A stretch of DNA of 64,000 nucleotides, from assembly GCF_009914755.1 (NCBI RefSeq), contig NC_060935.1; one strand, 5' to 3'. The notes under the pieces were generated by a model. The model did not search any database, was not told the DNA's origin, and saw only the letters and a list, made by a program, of their open reading frames with translations. The stretch's first letter is position 1. Each line of letters starts with the position of its first letter. Below are positions 38,718 to 61,843 of the stretch, piece after piece. The position numbers and the translations under genes were made by a program. The DNA comes from the human T2T-CHM13v2.0 reference genome, Homo sapiens.

Positions 38718-39519
38718 TCACCACTGTACTCCAGCTTGGGTGACAGAGCAAGACTCTGTCTCAAAAAGAAAAAAAAAAAGAAAAGATTTATTTAAACATG
38801 TATGAGCCTGGGGCAACATGGTGAAACTTTGTCTCTACAAAAGAAAAAAAAATAGCTAGGCATGTTGATATGTGTCTGTAGCCCCAGTTAATCAGGAGAC
38901 TGAGGTGGGAGGATCACTTGAGCCCAGGTGGTTGAGGCTGCAGTGAGCCAGTCTGGGAGACAGAGTGAGACCCTGTCTCAAAAAAAAAAAAAAGTGTACT
39001 CATTTTTTCCACCTGGTATCGTGACGATTTCCCCCATATGAAGGGCTCTTCTGTACCACTTTTTAAAATGGCGACAGAGCATTGTGTTGTATGAATGTAT
39101 CATAAATCTACTAAGCCACATTTTACTTCTTTCTTCTCTCCTTCCTTCTGTATTTTTTCTCTCTTTCTCTACTATAATAGTGCTGCAGTGAGCATCCTTG
39201 ATAGCTAAGGCACTGTGCAAGGAGTAGGCACTTTTTTGAGCTCTTATTCAGTGTTTCCAAATTACTAAGAAAGCTGTGCCCACCATCCAGGCACACAGAG
39301 TGTGGCTGCCCTGTTTATGTTTTTGCCCCATGTTCAGAGTCTGACCTCCAACAGACTTCCGGGGCTGCAGGCAAGGGCTGAAACCAGAGCTGGCCGCTGG
39401 CCAGGAGCTGAGAACCAAGCCAAGGCTGCCCCCGTTTCCCGTGTCATGTCTTCCTGGAATCTGAAGTACGGGCATTTTTTCTGGCTGATTCAAAGTACCC
39501 TCAGAAACTCACTTCCTGC

Positions 39520-39790
39520 TCCATGTTCTTTTTCCTTTCTCCTGTCTTCTCCTTCTCTCTTCCCTGTCTCTTTTCTTTCTTTCTTTCTTCTTTTTTTCCT
39601 TTCTGTTTCCTCTTTCTCCCTCCACTTCTTCCTGTGTCTCTTCTCTCTTTAACTCTGCTCCTCTTTCTCTCTGGCTCTTTTCTCTTTGTGTGTCTCTCTG
39701 CTGTTTTCTTCCTCTTTTGCCTTCTTTCTGCACCTTTTAATTTTCTCCGCCTGGAATCCAGCCTCATTTCTGTGTCTTTTCTCGTCTCTT
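39520..39790. repeat. About 270-nt polypyrimidine (CT-rich) low-complexity tract
   Basis: Read directly from the sequence; it produces the spurious Phe/Leu/Ser and Arg/Lys/Glu ORFs. Confidence 0.9.
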
Positions 39791-40546
39791 CGGTGGCTGT
39801 CTGTCCTCCATCCACCACTCCTGTTCTGTGAGTCATCCCTTCCCCAGGGAGAGAAGGCAACCAACATTCTCCTTGCTAGGCCTTGATTTTTTATTTTATT
39901 TTATTATTTTATTTTTTTTTGAGACGGAGTTTCACTCTTGGCCCCCAGTCTGCAGTGCAATGGCGTGATCTTGGCTCACTGCAACCTCCGCCTTCCGGGT
40001 TCAAGCAATTCTTCTGCCTCAGCCTCCCAGTAGCTAGGACTACAGGTACGCATCACCACGCCCGGCTGATTTTTGTATTTTTAGTAGAAATGGGGTTTCA
40101 CCATGTTGGCCAAGCTGGTCTCCAACTCCTGACCTCAGGTGACCCGCCCGCCTCAACCTCCTGAAGTGCTGGGATTATAGGCGTGAGCCACCGCGCCCGG
40201 CCACTAGGACTTAATTTGAATGGAAGGTGATTTTGCCTCTCACAAAGGACAAAGCTAACAGATCTCCGAAGTGGGAGTTGCCTGGTAAGCCAGGTTGACC
40301 CAGGCACTCTGGGCTTCAAGGATTGGGAGACACACAGTCTGTCAAGCTTCCATTAGAGGCTCTATCACCCCAGGGGCCAGCACACTGGGTCTGATGACTT
40401 ACCAGGGCGGCACTGGCGCAGTGGCAGCAGGATGTAGGTAGGGGCACTGGAGTTTATGATGTTGCTGCAGGGAGCAAACCTACTGTGTGTGGGTGGGCTC
40501 AGGGCTGGATGCTGGAGACCCAAGAACACAGCAGACCCAGTCTGCA

Positions 40547-41854
40547 TGAAACTGAGAGACTGGACTAGCTGGATTTCCTAGGCCGACTAAGAATCCCTAA
40601 GCCTAGCTGGGAAGGTGACCGCTTCCACCTTTAAACACAGGGCTTACAACTTAGCTCACATGGGACCAATCAGATAGTAAGGAGAGCTCACTAAAATGGT
40701 AATTAGGCAACAACAGGAGGTAAAGAAATAGCCAATCATCTGTTGCCTGAGAGCACAGCGGGAGGGACGATGATCAGGATATAAACCCAGGCACTGGAGC
40801 CGGCAATGGCAACCCCCTTTGGGTCCCCTCCCTTTGTATGGGAGCTCTGTTTTCACGCTATTTCACTCTATTAAATCTTGCAACTGCACTCTTCTGGTCC
40901 ATGTTTGTTACGGCTCGAGCTGAGCTTTCGCTCACCATCCACCACTGCTGTTTGCCACTGACTCCCATCCCTCCGGATCTGGCAGGGTGTCCTCTGTGCT
41001 CCTGATCCAGCGAGACTCCCGTTGCCACTCCCAATCGTGCTAAAGGCTTGCCATTGTTCCTGCACAGCTAAGTGCCTTGGTTCATCCTAATCGAGCTGAA
41101 CACTAGTCACTGGGTTCCACGGTTCTCTTCCGTGACCCACGGCTTCTACTAGAGCTATAACACTCACCGCATGGCCCAAGATTCCATTCCTTGGAATCCG
41201 TGAGGCCAAGAAAGGCTTGCCACCATCTTGGAAGTGGCCTGCCACCATCTTGGAAGTAGCTCGCCACCATCTTGGGAGCTCTGTGAGCAAGGACCCCTGG
41301 TAAAAAAAACCACCTTCACAAAATTATCACAGTGAGAGGAATCTGACATGGCTGACTCCATCTTGCTTCTGGTGTCACAGGCTGACTGTCTTTGCTCATT
41401 CCTGGGCATATGCCAAGCTAACTTTGGGAGAAATTTCGTTCATAGTTTAAATGATAATGGCTGGACACGGTGGCTTACTCCTGTAATCCCAGCACTTTGG
41501 GAGGCCAAGCGGGATGGATCACTTGAGGTCAGGAATTCCAGATCAGCCTTGTCAACATGGTGAAAACCCATCTCTATTAAAAATACAAGAATTAGCCAGG
41601 CGTGGTGGCGCATGTCTATAGTCCCAGCTACTCAGGAGCCTGAGGCACGAGAATTGCTTGAACCTGGGAGGCGGAGGTTGCAGTGAGCCAAGATCCCACC
41701 GCTACACTGCAGCCTAGGCAACAGAGTGAGACTATCTCAAAAAGAAAAAAAAAAATAGAAGAAAGAGAAAAGAAAAATCCCTAACCTATGCGCTTTGAAC
41801 GAGATTGATTTGAGTAATAACTCCATCTCCTACGTGGCATGGCCACCTTCGTGT
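40547..41854 (+). mobile_element. LTR8-type ERV1 LTR, split by LTR17 and an Alu
   Basis: TGAAAC|...|CACCTTCACAAAATTATCACAGTGAGAGGAATCTGACATGGCTGACTCCATCTTGCTTCT matches an LTR8A-like 5' end. A 3' part with gattgatttgagtaataactcc follows the Alu. Confidence 0.7.
40553..41305 (+). mobile_element. HERV-W solo LTR (LTR17)
   Basis: TGAGAGACTGGACTAGCTGGATTTCCTAGGCCGACTAAGAATCCCTAAGCCTAGCTGGG start, CCAAT boxes, GATATAAA TATA, ATTAAA poly(A), triplicated GCCACCATCTTGG near the 3' end. TSD about AAAC. Confidence 0.9.
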
Positions 41855-42252
41855 TGAAGCAGCATCATTGTCTGGGGTAAATATCTGAGGTTCATTGCCT
41901 CATGCCAAGGAAATCAAGGACACGGACTCACACAAGGAGTGAGTTTAAGAGAGAAGTTTAATAGGCAAGAGAAAGGGAAAAGTTCTCTCTCCTGCAGAGA
42001 GAAAGGCTCCCGAGTGGGTCTTCTGGTTCTGTGGTGAAATGCATGGGGTTTTCTAGACGAGTTTGAGGAGGTGGTGTCTGATTTACATAGGGCACAAAAG
42101 ATTGGTCAGACCCGGTGTGCCATTTATATAGCTTGCGAAGAAGCTGGCCACCCCACCCTAATTTTTCATTATGCAAATGATTTCCCTACCTGGCCGGTGC
42201 CATGTTGCCTGCTTCTTTACTGCACACATGGTTGACAAAGACAAGGGAAGAG
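41855..42252 (-). mobile_element. MER51-type ERV1 LTR (truncated)
   Basis: tgaagcagcatcattgtctggggtaa end and tgatttacatagggc...gattggt core. Octamer ATGCAAAT at 42171-42178. Confidence 0.7.
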
Positions 42253-43705
42253 GGGCTGGGCACCGTGGCTCACACCTGTAATCCCTGCCTTGGCCTCCCA
42301 AAGTGCTGGGATTACAAGTGATCCACCTGCCTTGGCCTCCCAAAGTGCTGGGATTACAGGAGTGAGCCACCGCACTTGGCCTCTGTTACACTTTTAAATG
42401 CACACACCCTATGTTCCAGCAGCTCAACCCCTGGCATTTTCTTCTACCAAAATACTCTCATGTGTACTATGTAGTAAGATATTTGTTGCAATGTTGCTTG
42501 TATTATCCACAAAATAGGAATATACTCAATATCCATTCATTAGAATGGTTAGATAAAATGATGATGTCTCTTGCTATGGAATAACTGTCATCGCTAAAAA
42601 AGAATGAGGTATTCAGATAAACCAAAAGTAGGTTAGTAGTGCTAGGATGACAGGTGTGAGCCACTGCACCCAGCCTGTGTGTGCTTTTCGTATGAAACAA
42701 TTAAACATACTCAATAAAACAAATACCATCCTTGCTTGCAAAGAGCTCAGAATCAAGTGAGGGGATAGACTGAGACAGAGGGAATGCCAGCAGAATCCTT
42801 CGTGACAGGGCTGGCACAAGCACAGTGGAGGGGCCCCCTGAACCAGCTCGTGGGGTGTCAGGGAAGGCCTCCTGGAGCAGGTGACATTTTGACTCGGGTC
42901 TTCTAAGACCAAAAGGTGTTGGTCAAGTGGAGAAGCAGGGGCAGGATTCTTCTGGTGGAAGGTGAGGCAAAGTGGTGCAGCCCACATGCAGCTGACAGAG
43001 AAGGAAGGGTTTCACTCAGGGAACTGATGGCAGCTTTGTCTTGGGTGGATCCTCTGAGGAAGTCTCTTCTGGCTCGAGGTGACAGACACCCTGAATAGCT
43101 CTTAGGGAAAGTCTGGAAACTAATACAATGTAAATGAAGACTTTCCAGTAGCCTCAGAATTTCAGCTGAGGCCCCAAAGGCAGAAACAAGGCCAGAGTTG
43201 CTGATCCTAAAGTGAAGCTGGACCACCCACCTAGGATTCCCCAGAAGGGAGAACAGAGTTAAAACCCACCTCTTCACCTACTTCCTGACCACAAAGAGAG
43301 GCGACATCCCCAGAAGCTGGAGGGGAAATTTCTCTGGACAGAGTTGTCAACGTGCTCCCTCAGCCTGTTCCCCAGCCCACACCCCAAAACAGGGAGTAGA
43401 GGGCGCTGCTCTCCCTCACCTCTAACCAGGTGAGCGAGGCTTTAGGAGAACTATCTGGGGAGTCTTGGAGGTGGAGACTCTGGGGTCTGGAATCTGCCTG
43501 GCACCTAGCAGGGTGTGGAGGGGCTGCTAGGCAGGGGCTGCACTGCCAGCTGTGTGCTTCCTGTGACCCACATGTGGACCCCGCAGAAAAATCTTCCTGA
43601 AAAGGACCTGGTGGAAGAGAGCTTCTATCTAGGGGTGAGGGGACTCCGGCAGAATGAGACTGGAGGTGTGAGGAGGGTTGTAGTAGCTGAGGGGCAGTAA
43701 GTGAG

Positions 43706-44963
43706 TATAACCCCCAGTAGGTTCTTCCGCCCACTGCACAGACAAAACCAATTCACTGAGACCACGCAGCATTGTAATAAAGATATAGTTTAATTGCCAC
43801 AAGGCCAGCCATGCCGCACAGGAGACGGAGTTATTTCTCAAATTGTTAGCAGTAGTGAATCTGTACGGGTCTGTAGTAACCTCCATTCTTGCCTCCTCAG
43901 AGGAAAGAATTAGTCGGAGGGGCATAAGGCAGAGGGAGTGACCAAGGCAAGTTTTAGAGCAGGAGTGAAAGTTTATTAAAAAGTTTTAGAGCAGGAACAA
44001 AAGGAAGTAAAGTACACTTGGAAGAGGACCAAGCAGGTGACTTGAGAGATCCTTGTCCGGTTTGACATTGGACTTGGAGCTTTACACCTTGGCATGCTTC
44101 CGGGGTTTTGCGCCTCCCCTCCCTTGATATTTCCTTGGTGTGGGCTGTCCACATGCACAGTGGCCTGCCAGCACTTGGGAGGGGCCCGCATGTGTAGTAT
44201 GTTTACTGAAATTGTTCACATGCTCATTTCAGGCATTTTTCTCTTACCAGTCAAGTGTTCCTAGAGGAAGGTCACACACAAGTTAAGCTGTGCCATTTTG
44301 CCTCGTAGGTGTGAATGCTCAAGCCCACTCACCCAACTCCTGAGATCTTTTTTTGAGACAGGGTCTCACTTTGTCACCCAGGCTGGAGGGCAATGGCACA
44401 AACACAGCCCACTGCAGCCTTGACCTCCCAGGCTCAAGCAATCCTCTTGCCTCCGCCCTCAAGTAGCTGGGACTACCAACACATGTCACCACGCCCAGCT
44501 AATTTTTTTGTATTTTTTGTAGAGACAAGGTTTGCCATGTTGCCCAGAGTGGTCTTGAACTCCTGAGCTCAAGCAATTGCCTGCCTTGGCCTCCCAAAGT
44601 ACCAGTCTTAGGTTCTACGATAGTGATGTTATCTGCAGGAGTAATTGGGGAAGTTGCATATCATCCCTCTGCCTCTGGAATAATGGTTGGCAATCGTTTA
44701 TGTCTGCACCTTAGCAGAACTCAGGCTCAACATCCTCCTGACCTGGTTGGTCTTTCATTAGCTTTACAAAGGCAGTTGAGTTTTGGAGAAGGGCTGCTAT
44801 CATTTAAACTATAAACTAAATGTCTTCCAAAGTTAGCTTGGCCTAAACCCAGGAGTGACCAAAGGCAGTTTGGAGGTTAAAGGCAAGATGAGGGTTGGTT
44901 AGATCAGATGTCTTTTGCGGCCCTAATTTTCTCACTGTTATAGTTTTTTCAAAGGCAGTTTCA
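43706..44963 (-). mobile_element. LTR8-type ERV1 LTR with a nested MER50 (about 43844-44348) and an AluJ
   Basis: ggttcttccgcccactgcacagacaaaaccaattcactgagac end and ...caaaggcagtttca end. TSD TGAG/TAAG. Confidence 0.7.
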
Positions 44964-45293
44964 TAAGCAGCCCTGGGGGAGACAGCCCCTCTTTATAAGG
45001 GTACTACTGAGGAGAGATGTGAGGGTTTTCATAACGCCCGTCAAAGTGCTCCCAAAAGCCCAGAGTACTCAGGTCCTCCTCAGACGTTGCTGCCCCTACC
45101 GCTTCTCCCCCACCCCACCCAGGAAGAGTCCGAGGCAGCCTGTGTAGGGGCAGGAGGAGCAGAAGAGCTGGGTGAGGACGCAGGGAGGCTGCCGGTCCTC
45201 TCCCCAGTCAGCAGGTGTCCCAGTTAGAGGCAGCCTCAGGAGGGGAGCGTTTGCCAGAATAATGGCCTGCACTTAGACACAAGCTGGAATTAC

Positions 45294-45420
45294 CTGACAG
45301 TAAACCGGGGAGGACTCCGAGAAAAGCGAGTGATCTGCCGAGATTTCCCCCAGAAACAGCAAAAAAGGAGTCCACAGAATCAGTTCGCAAGGGCAGGAGC
45401 AGGAAAGAAAGAGATCGGCT
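45294..45420 (-). other. Putative non-coding first exon of a distal KCTD14 transcript (5' end approximate)
   Basis: Donor CAG|GTAATT at 45294/45293, directly downstream on the minus strand of a CpG-rich promoter-like block. No ATG in the exon. Confidence 0.55.
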
Positions 45421-45469
45421 CAGTGCTTTTCCCTGCTAAGTCAAGCCCCTTTAGTAAACCAGCTACAGA

Positions 45470-45860
45470 ACATCGACGCTGTCTATGTGGTGAGGGTGTC
45501 TTGGAAAGATGAGAGGATTTGACAATTGTGAGCCGGAAAGCTCGCGTGTTGGCGGGAGGCCAGGGTCCCCGCCACTCCAGGCCTGGGCCTGCCCGGCAGC
45601 GCCCTCTGCTGGCCGGAGCCGCGACGGCGGGGGCCCCGCCTGAACCGGAGCCCTGAGCCTGGGGCTGGGAGTCCAACCTTCCCAGAGTTTGCAGTTCTTT
45701 GGGGACAGGCATACATGCATGGATTGAGCCACCCACGATAAGAGGCGCACCTTGCAATGAGAGGAGAGCCTATCCTAAAGGGGAAGGGGGCTGATCTGGC
45801 GAAAATGTCAGCGCGGGGGCTGAGGCTGGACTTAAGGGGGCGAGGTTAGGAAGAGGTGAG
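45470..45860. promoter_or_regulatory. CpG-rich promoter/insulator element
   Basis: Unique GC- and CpG-rich sequence with GC-box-like motifs and a CTCF motif. Confidence 0.65.
45596..45614 (-). promoter_or_regulatory. CTCF core motif
   Basis: Reverse complement GGCCAGCAGAGGGCGCTGC matches the CTCF core CCASYAGRKGGCRS fully. Confidence 0.75.
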
Positions 45861-46712
45861 CAAAGATTTGGAAGTTATGGTGGAGTTTGGGAGAGAGTGC
45901 AGGCATGCTGGAGAATCATCAGTATATATGTATGTATGTATCTTGCTATTTCATGCCTCTGAACTTTTGCTGAGGCTTGCATTTATTCCTAGAAAACATT
46001 TCTCACTTTTCCTTTTCTGTTGTTATAAGTACTTAATCTATTCAAAAATATTAGATGATGAATATATAAATATTCATGTAGCCATTACTAAGCTTGGGAA
46101 ATAAGACCTAATGAATATAAAGTACTCATGTACGCTTCCTTTTTTCCCCTCCCTCCACCCAGATGGCTCCTTCAATTTGCTTTTTCATTCCAACGTTTAA
46201 GTTTGTGTTTACTACCTGTGTAGGTATAAAGAATATACAGATACATGAAATCATAATTTTGGGGGTTTTTTTGAGACAGCGCATTGCTCTGTAGCCCAGG
46301 CTGGAGTGCTGTGGCAATGATCACGGCTAACTGCAGCCTTGACCTCCTGGGCACAAGCAATCCTCCTGCCTCAGCCTCTTGAGTAGCTGGGACCATAGGC
46401 GCATGCCACCACACCCAGCTAACTTAAATTTTTTGTAGAGATGGGGTCTCTTTATGCTGCCCAGGTTGCAAAAATATTTTTTAGTAGAGATGGGGCCTCT
46501 CACTATGTCACCCATCTTGGTGTCAGACTCGTGGCCTCAAGCAATCCTCCTACCCTGGCCTCCCAAAGTGCTAGGATTACAGCCCACCATACCCAGCCAG
46601 AAAAATTTTAATAGGTATATATTTTATTAAATATACTATATCCTGGCCAGGCACGGTGGCTCATGGCTGTAATCCTAGCACTTTTGGAGGCTGAGGTAGG
46701 GGCATCACTTGA

Positions 46713-46967
<255 letters not shown>

Positions 46968-47036
46968 TAGCCAGGATGGTCTCGATCTTCTGACCTCATG
47001 ATCCGCCTGCCTCGGCCTCCCAAAGTGCTGGGATTA

Positions 47037-47639
<603 letters not shown>

Positions 47640-47776
47640 CTAATGAGGAAGCTGAAGTGGGAGGATGGTTTGAGCCTTGGAGCTCGAGACCGGCCTAGGC
47701 AACATCGCGAGACTTCATCTCAAAAAAGAAAGAAAAAAAATACCATGGCATATAAAAACAAAATTGAAAGGGATGA

Positions 47777-49257
<1,481 letters not shown>

Positions 49258-50909
49258 GTCACGGAAGGTGTTTGAGTGAGGGATGGATGGGGGGTTCTTC
49301 TTGTACTGCAGAAGGATTGGTTGTGAAGGGAGGCATCATGGAGATGCCAGAATGGGAGCCCGTCACTGTGAACCTGGCTGGAAAGGGGAAAAGGGGAAGA
49401 CACCCCCAAAGGATGGCAGCAGGTGGATTCAGAGCTGGAACCTCAGAAGGCCGGGAAGAATGGCGTTCACTGGCTGAGTTTTGTGGATGAACTCGTGGAT
49501 CTTGACGCATGTCTCCTCCTTCTCTAGCAAAGCCCCCTCGCAGCACCTGTGCAGAGCGGGGAGTGGGTCCTCAAACACTTCCTGGACTCTGGCCTGGGTC
49601 CCAGACTGGGGGCCAGCACTGTAGGCAGACCAAGAGCTGGCCCGAGGGAGGGAGACTCCGGAGCTCCTCTGACAGGGCCTGGCCGTGGCAGAAGGAGGTA
49701 GCTGAGCTTGCTGGAGTCCAGGGGTTGGCAATGGCAGCCTCCCTGCTGAGCGCCCTCTGTGGCCAGCACTTCCTTGGGGAAAACTCAGCAAAAATCTATT
49801 GGTTGAGAAAATGGAGGCAGGAGAGAAGCACACCACGGGTAGACAGACCCCACAGTCTTCATTCATTCATCCTTTCAGTCAGCAAACTAAGGACACTTTC
49901 CTAAGCTCCTTGGGTATAGTAGTCAAAATGAAGAGTCAAGGCTTGGTTCTTAGGCTGAGCACAGTGGCTCACTCCTGTAATCCTAGCACTTTGGGAGGCC
50001 GAGGCGGGAGGATTGCTTGAGATCAAGAGTTCAAGACCAACCCAGACAGCATAGCGAGACCCCTGTCTCTAAAAAAAAATAAAAATAAGACCTGGTTCTT
50101 GCCCTCCAGGGGCTCCCAGATAGGAAAGAGAGAGAGAGACATGTTTTGGTATGAGTCTAGTCGCAGAATTTTGGAGTCCAAAGCCTTATAGTACATGATA
50201 CCTGTGGATTGAGGGCTGGAGCCCCAGAAGGCCAGGAAGAATGGGAAGGCCGGGAAGAAGTCCTCCCAGGGGAAGGAACAAAGCATGACTGGAAATATAA
50301 GTTGGAGTCTCAGTTTCCTCATTGGTGAATTGTAGGGGTTGGGTTGCTGGATTACTGTGGAGCCTTGGAGTTCTGACAACTCAGACATTTGAGATTGGCT
50401 GATGAGGGGGTGCTTTGTTGACATCGCCCCTCTCTCTACCTCTCAGCAAACCTAGAAGGCCTTAGGCTGGCCCCCAGGGCTAGTTGCATCAGCTAGAGGA
50501 AGGGCTGTGTTTTCCCAGAACTGGGGGAGGGGTGTGACAGGGGGGAAGTTGGGGGTGGGGCTGGACGGGAAGACCTGCCCCTGCTCCTGGTCCACTCTGG
50601 TCAGCCCTTCATAAGGTGCCTTTGTAACAGTAGAGTTCGCAGCAGATTCTCCGAACAGCAGAGATATTCCAGAGTAAGCAGGAAAGGTCTGGGCCTCTTA
50701 GCATGACTTAAGGACTCCAGAGAAGGGGCCCCACCACTCCCTCAAATAAATAGCTTTCCTTAGCTGGTTGTTTGGCTCATCATGCCTCAAAACCCTCCAT
50801 TCAGAGGAACTGTGTTTTTTCAGCTTGGAAGATCCTGCACTTTCCAGATAGGAGACTGAGGCCTACAAAGGCAGACTGACTTGCTTAAGATCATGTCCAA
50901 GTTAGTTCT

Positions 50910-59770
<8,861 letters not shown>

Positions 59771-60050
59771 CAGTGTCTGCTTATTGAGTCCCGCAGTCTC
59801 CTAGGCATTTCATAAATATCATCTCTCACCCCATCACACCCGTAGGGAAGAGTCAGGACACATTTCAACTCCTCTTTGCCAAGGAAGGAATAATGTGTGT
59901 TCCTTGGCTTATTGCTTTACCGTCTCAGGTCTCAGTTTCCTCATCTGTAAATGGGGTCTACCTACCACATACAATTGTTGTTCTGCTCTAAGAACTTTGT
60001 ATATTGCCGGGCGCGGTGGCTCACACCTGTAATCCCAGCACTGGCCATCA

Positions 60051-60299
<249 letters not shown>

Positions 60300-60510
60300 T
60301 TAGAATAATATGTCTTCAGTTATTGTTTGCCCTTATCATTATTACAACATATGAGGAAGCCGAGGCTCAGGGAGGCTGGTGCTCTCTGTTTCCCTCCACC
60401 ACTTGCAGTACACAGAGGGTTAAGGTGGAAGCTTTGCCCTCTGCATCTGGCCCAGACCTGGATTTGGCTGCCTGTTCTGCCCTGGAGAAGCAAGGCCAAC
60501 TGTCAACACA

Positions 60511-60526
60511 GGGTGACTTCAGGTCA
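60511..60526 (+). promoter_or_regulatory. DR4 nuclear receptor element (candidate TRE/LXRE) upstream of THRSP
   Basis: GGGTGA-cttc-AGGTCA in unique sequence about 2.57 kb upstream of the inferred TSS. Confidence 0.6.
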
Positions 60527-60992
60527 TCTGTGGCTATGCATGGCCAGCCTGCCAAGGGGACTTGACGAGAGGGAAGATCACTGCTTTCCTCTCAGGTCTG
60601 ATGGAACTAGGGCAGGCCTACTCCTGTCATGTCCGAGCTATGAGACCTTGGGCAAGTACCTCTCCCTTTCTGAGTCTCAGTTTTGTCTCAGTTTTATCTT
60701 GGGATACTTATGTTTTTCTGTCTCAGGGCCCCTGTGGAAACTGAGTTGGCACACCACTCTGCTGTGCCAACATAAGCATAGTTAAGGCCAGTAACTCTGA
60801 GTGGGGTAAATATTACAATTTAAAGGGGAGGGGTTATAGGGAAGTAGAATATTTTTTTCTTTTTCTTTTTTTTTCGAGACAGGGTCTTGCTGTGTCACCC
60901 AGGCCAGAGTGCAGTGGTGCCATCACAGTTCACTGCAGCCTTGACCTCCCGGGCTCAAGCAATCCTCCCACCTCAGCCACTTGAGTAGCTGA

Positions 60993-61301
<309 letters not shown>

Positions 61302-61334
61302 TAGGTGAGACAACACAGAGGCCCTGTTCAGCCC

Positions 61335-61351
61335 CACGTCCCCTCCCTGTG
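61335..61351 (+). promoter_or_regulatory. ChoRE-like element
   Basis: CACGTC-ccctc-CCTGTG, compared with the rat S14 ChoRE recalled as CACGTG-gtggc-CCTGTG. Confidence 0.4.
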
Positions 61352-61529
61352 CTCCCTCCTCCTCTCTCCTCTCCTGCAGGCGTGGGAGGTATCATCATTC
61401 AGCAGATTTCACCAGAGGCAGTGGAGGAGGCAGGTACCTGAGCCAGAATTCAGAATGTCTTATTCTCCACTTGACTCTGCCACTAACTTGTTGTGCAACT
61501 TTGGGCCTTTCCCCAGGCCTTCATTTTCT

Positions 61530-61843
61530 TTTCTTTTCTTTTTCTTTTTTTTTTTTTGAGGCGGAGTCTCGCTATGTTGCCCAGGCTGGAGTGCAGTGGC
61601 GCAGCATCATCTCGGCTCACTGCAAGCTCCACCTTCTGAGTTCACGCCATTCTACTGCCTCAGCCTCCCGAGTAGCCGGGACTGCAGGCGCCCACCACCA
61701 CGCCCGGCTTATTTTTTGTATTTTTAGTAGAGACAGGGTTTCACCACGTTAGCCAAGATGGTCTCGATCTCCTGACCTCGTGATCCACCCGCCTGGGCTT
61801 CCCAAAGTGCTGGGATTACAGGCGTGAGCCACTGCGCCCGGCC
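61530..61843 (-). mobile_element. AluY upstream of THRSP
   Basis: AluY diagnostic motifs (caagctcc, cacgccattc, gttagccaagatggtctcgatctcc), many CpGs retained, TSD CATTTTCTT. Confidence 0.85.

Noticed and set aside
39501-39886. Arg/Lys/Glu-rich and Phe/Leu-rich ORFs
   Set aside because: Artefacts of the CT-rich tract.
41218-41276. Three spaced GCCACCATCTTGG repeats resembling a CRISPR-like array
   Set aside because: They are a native feature of the HERV-W LTR U5. The context is eukaryotic and there are no cas genes.
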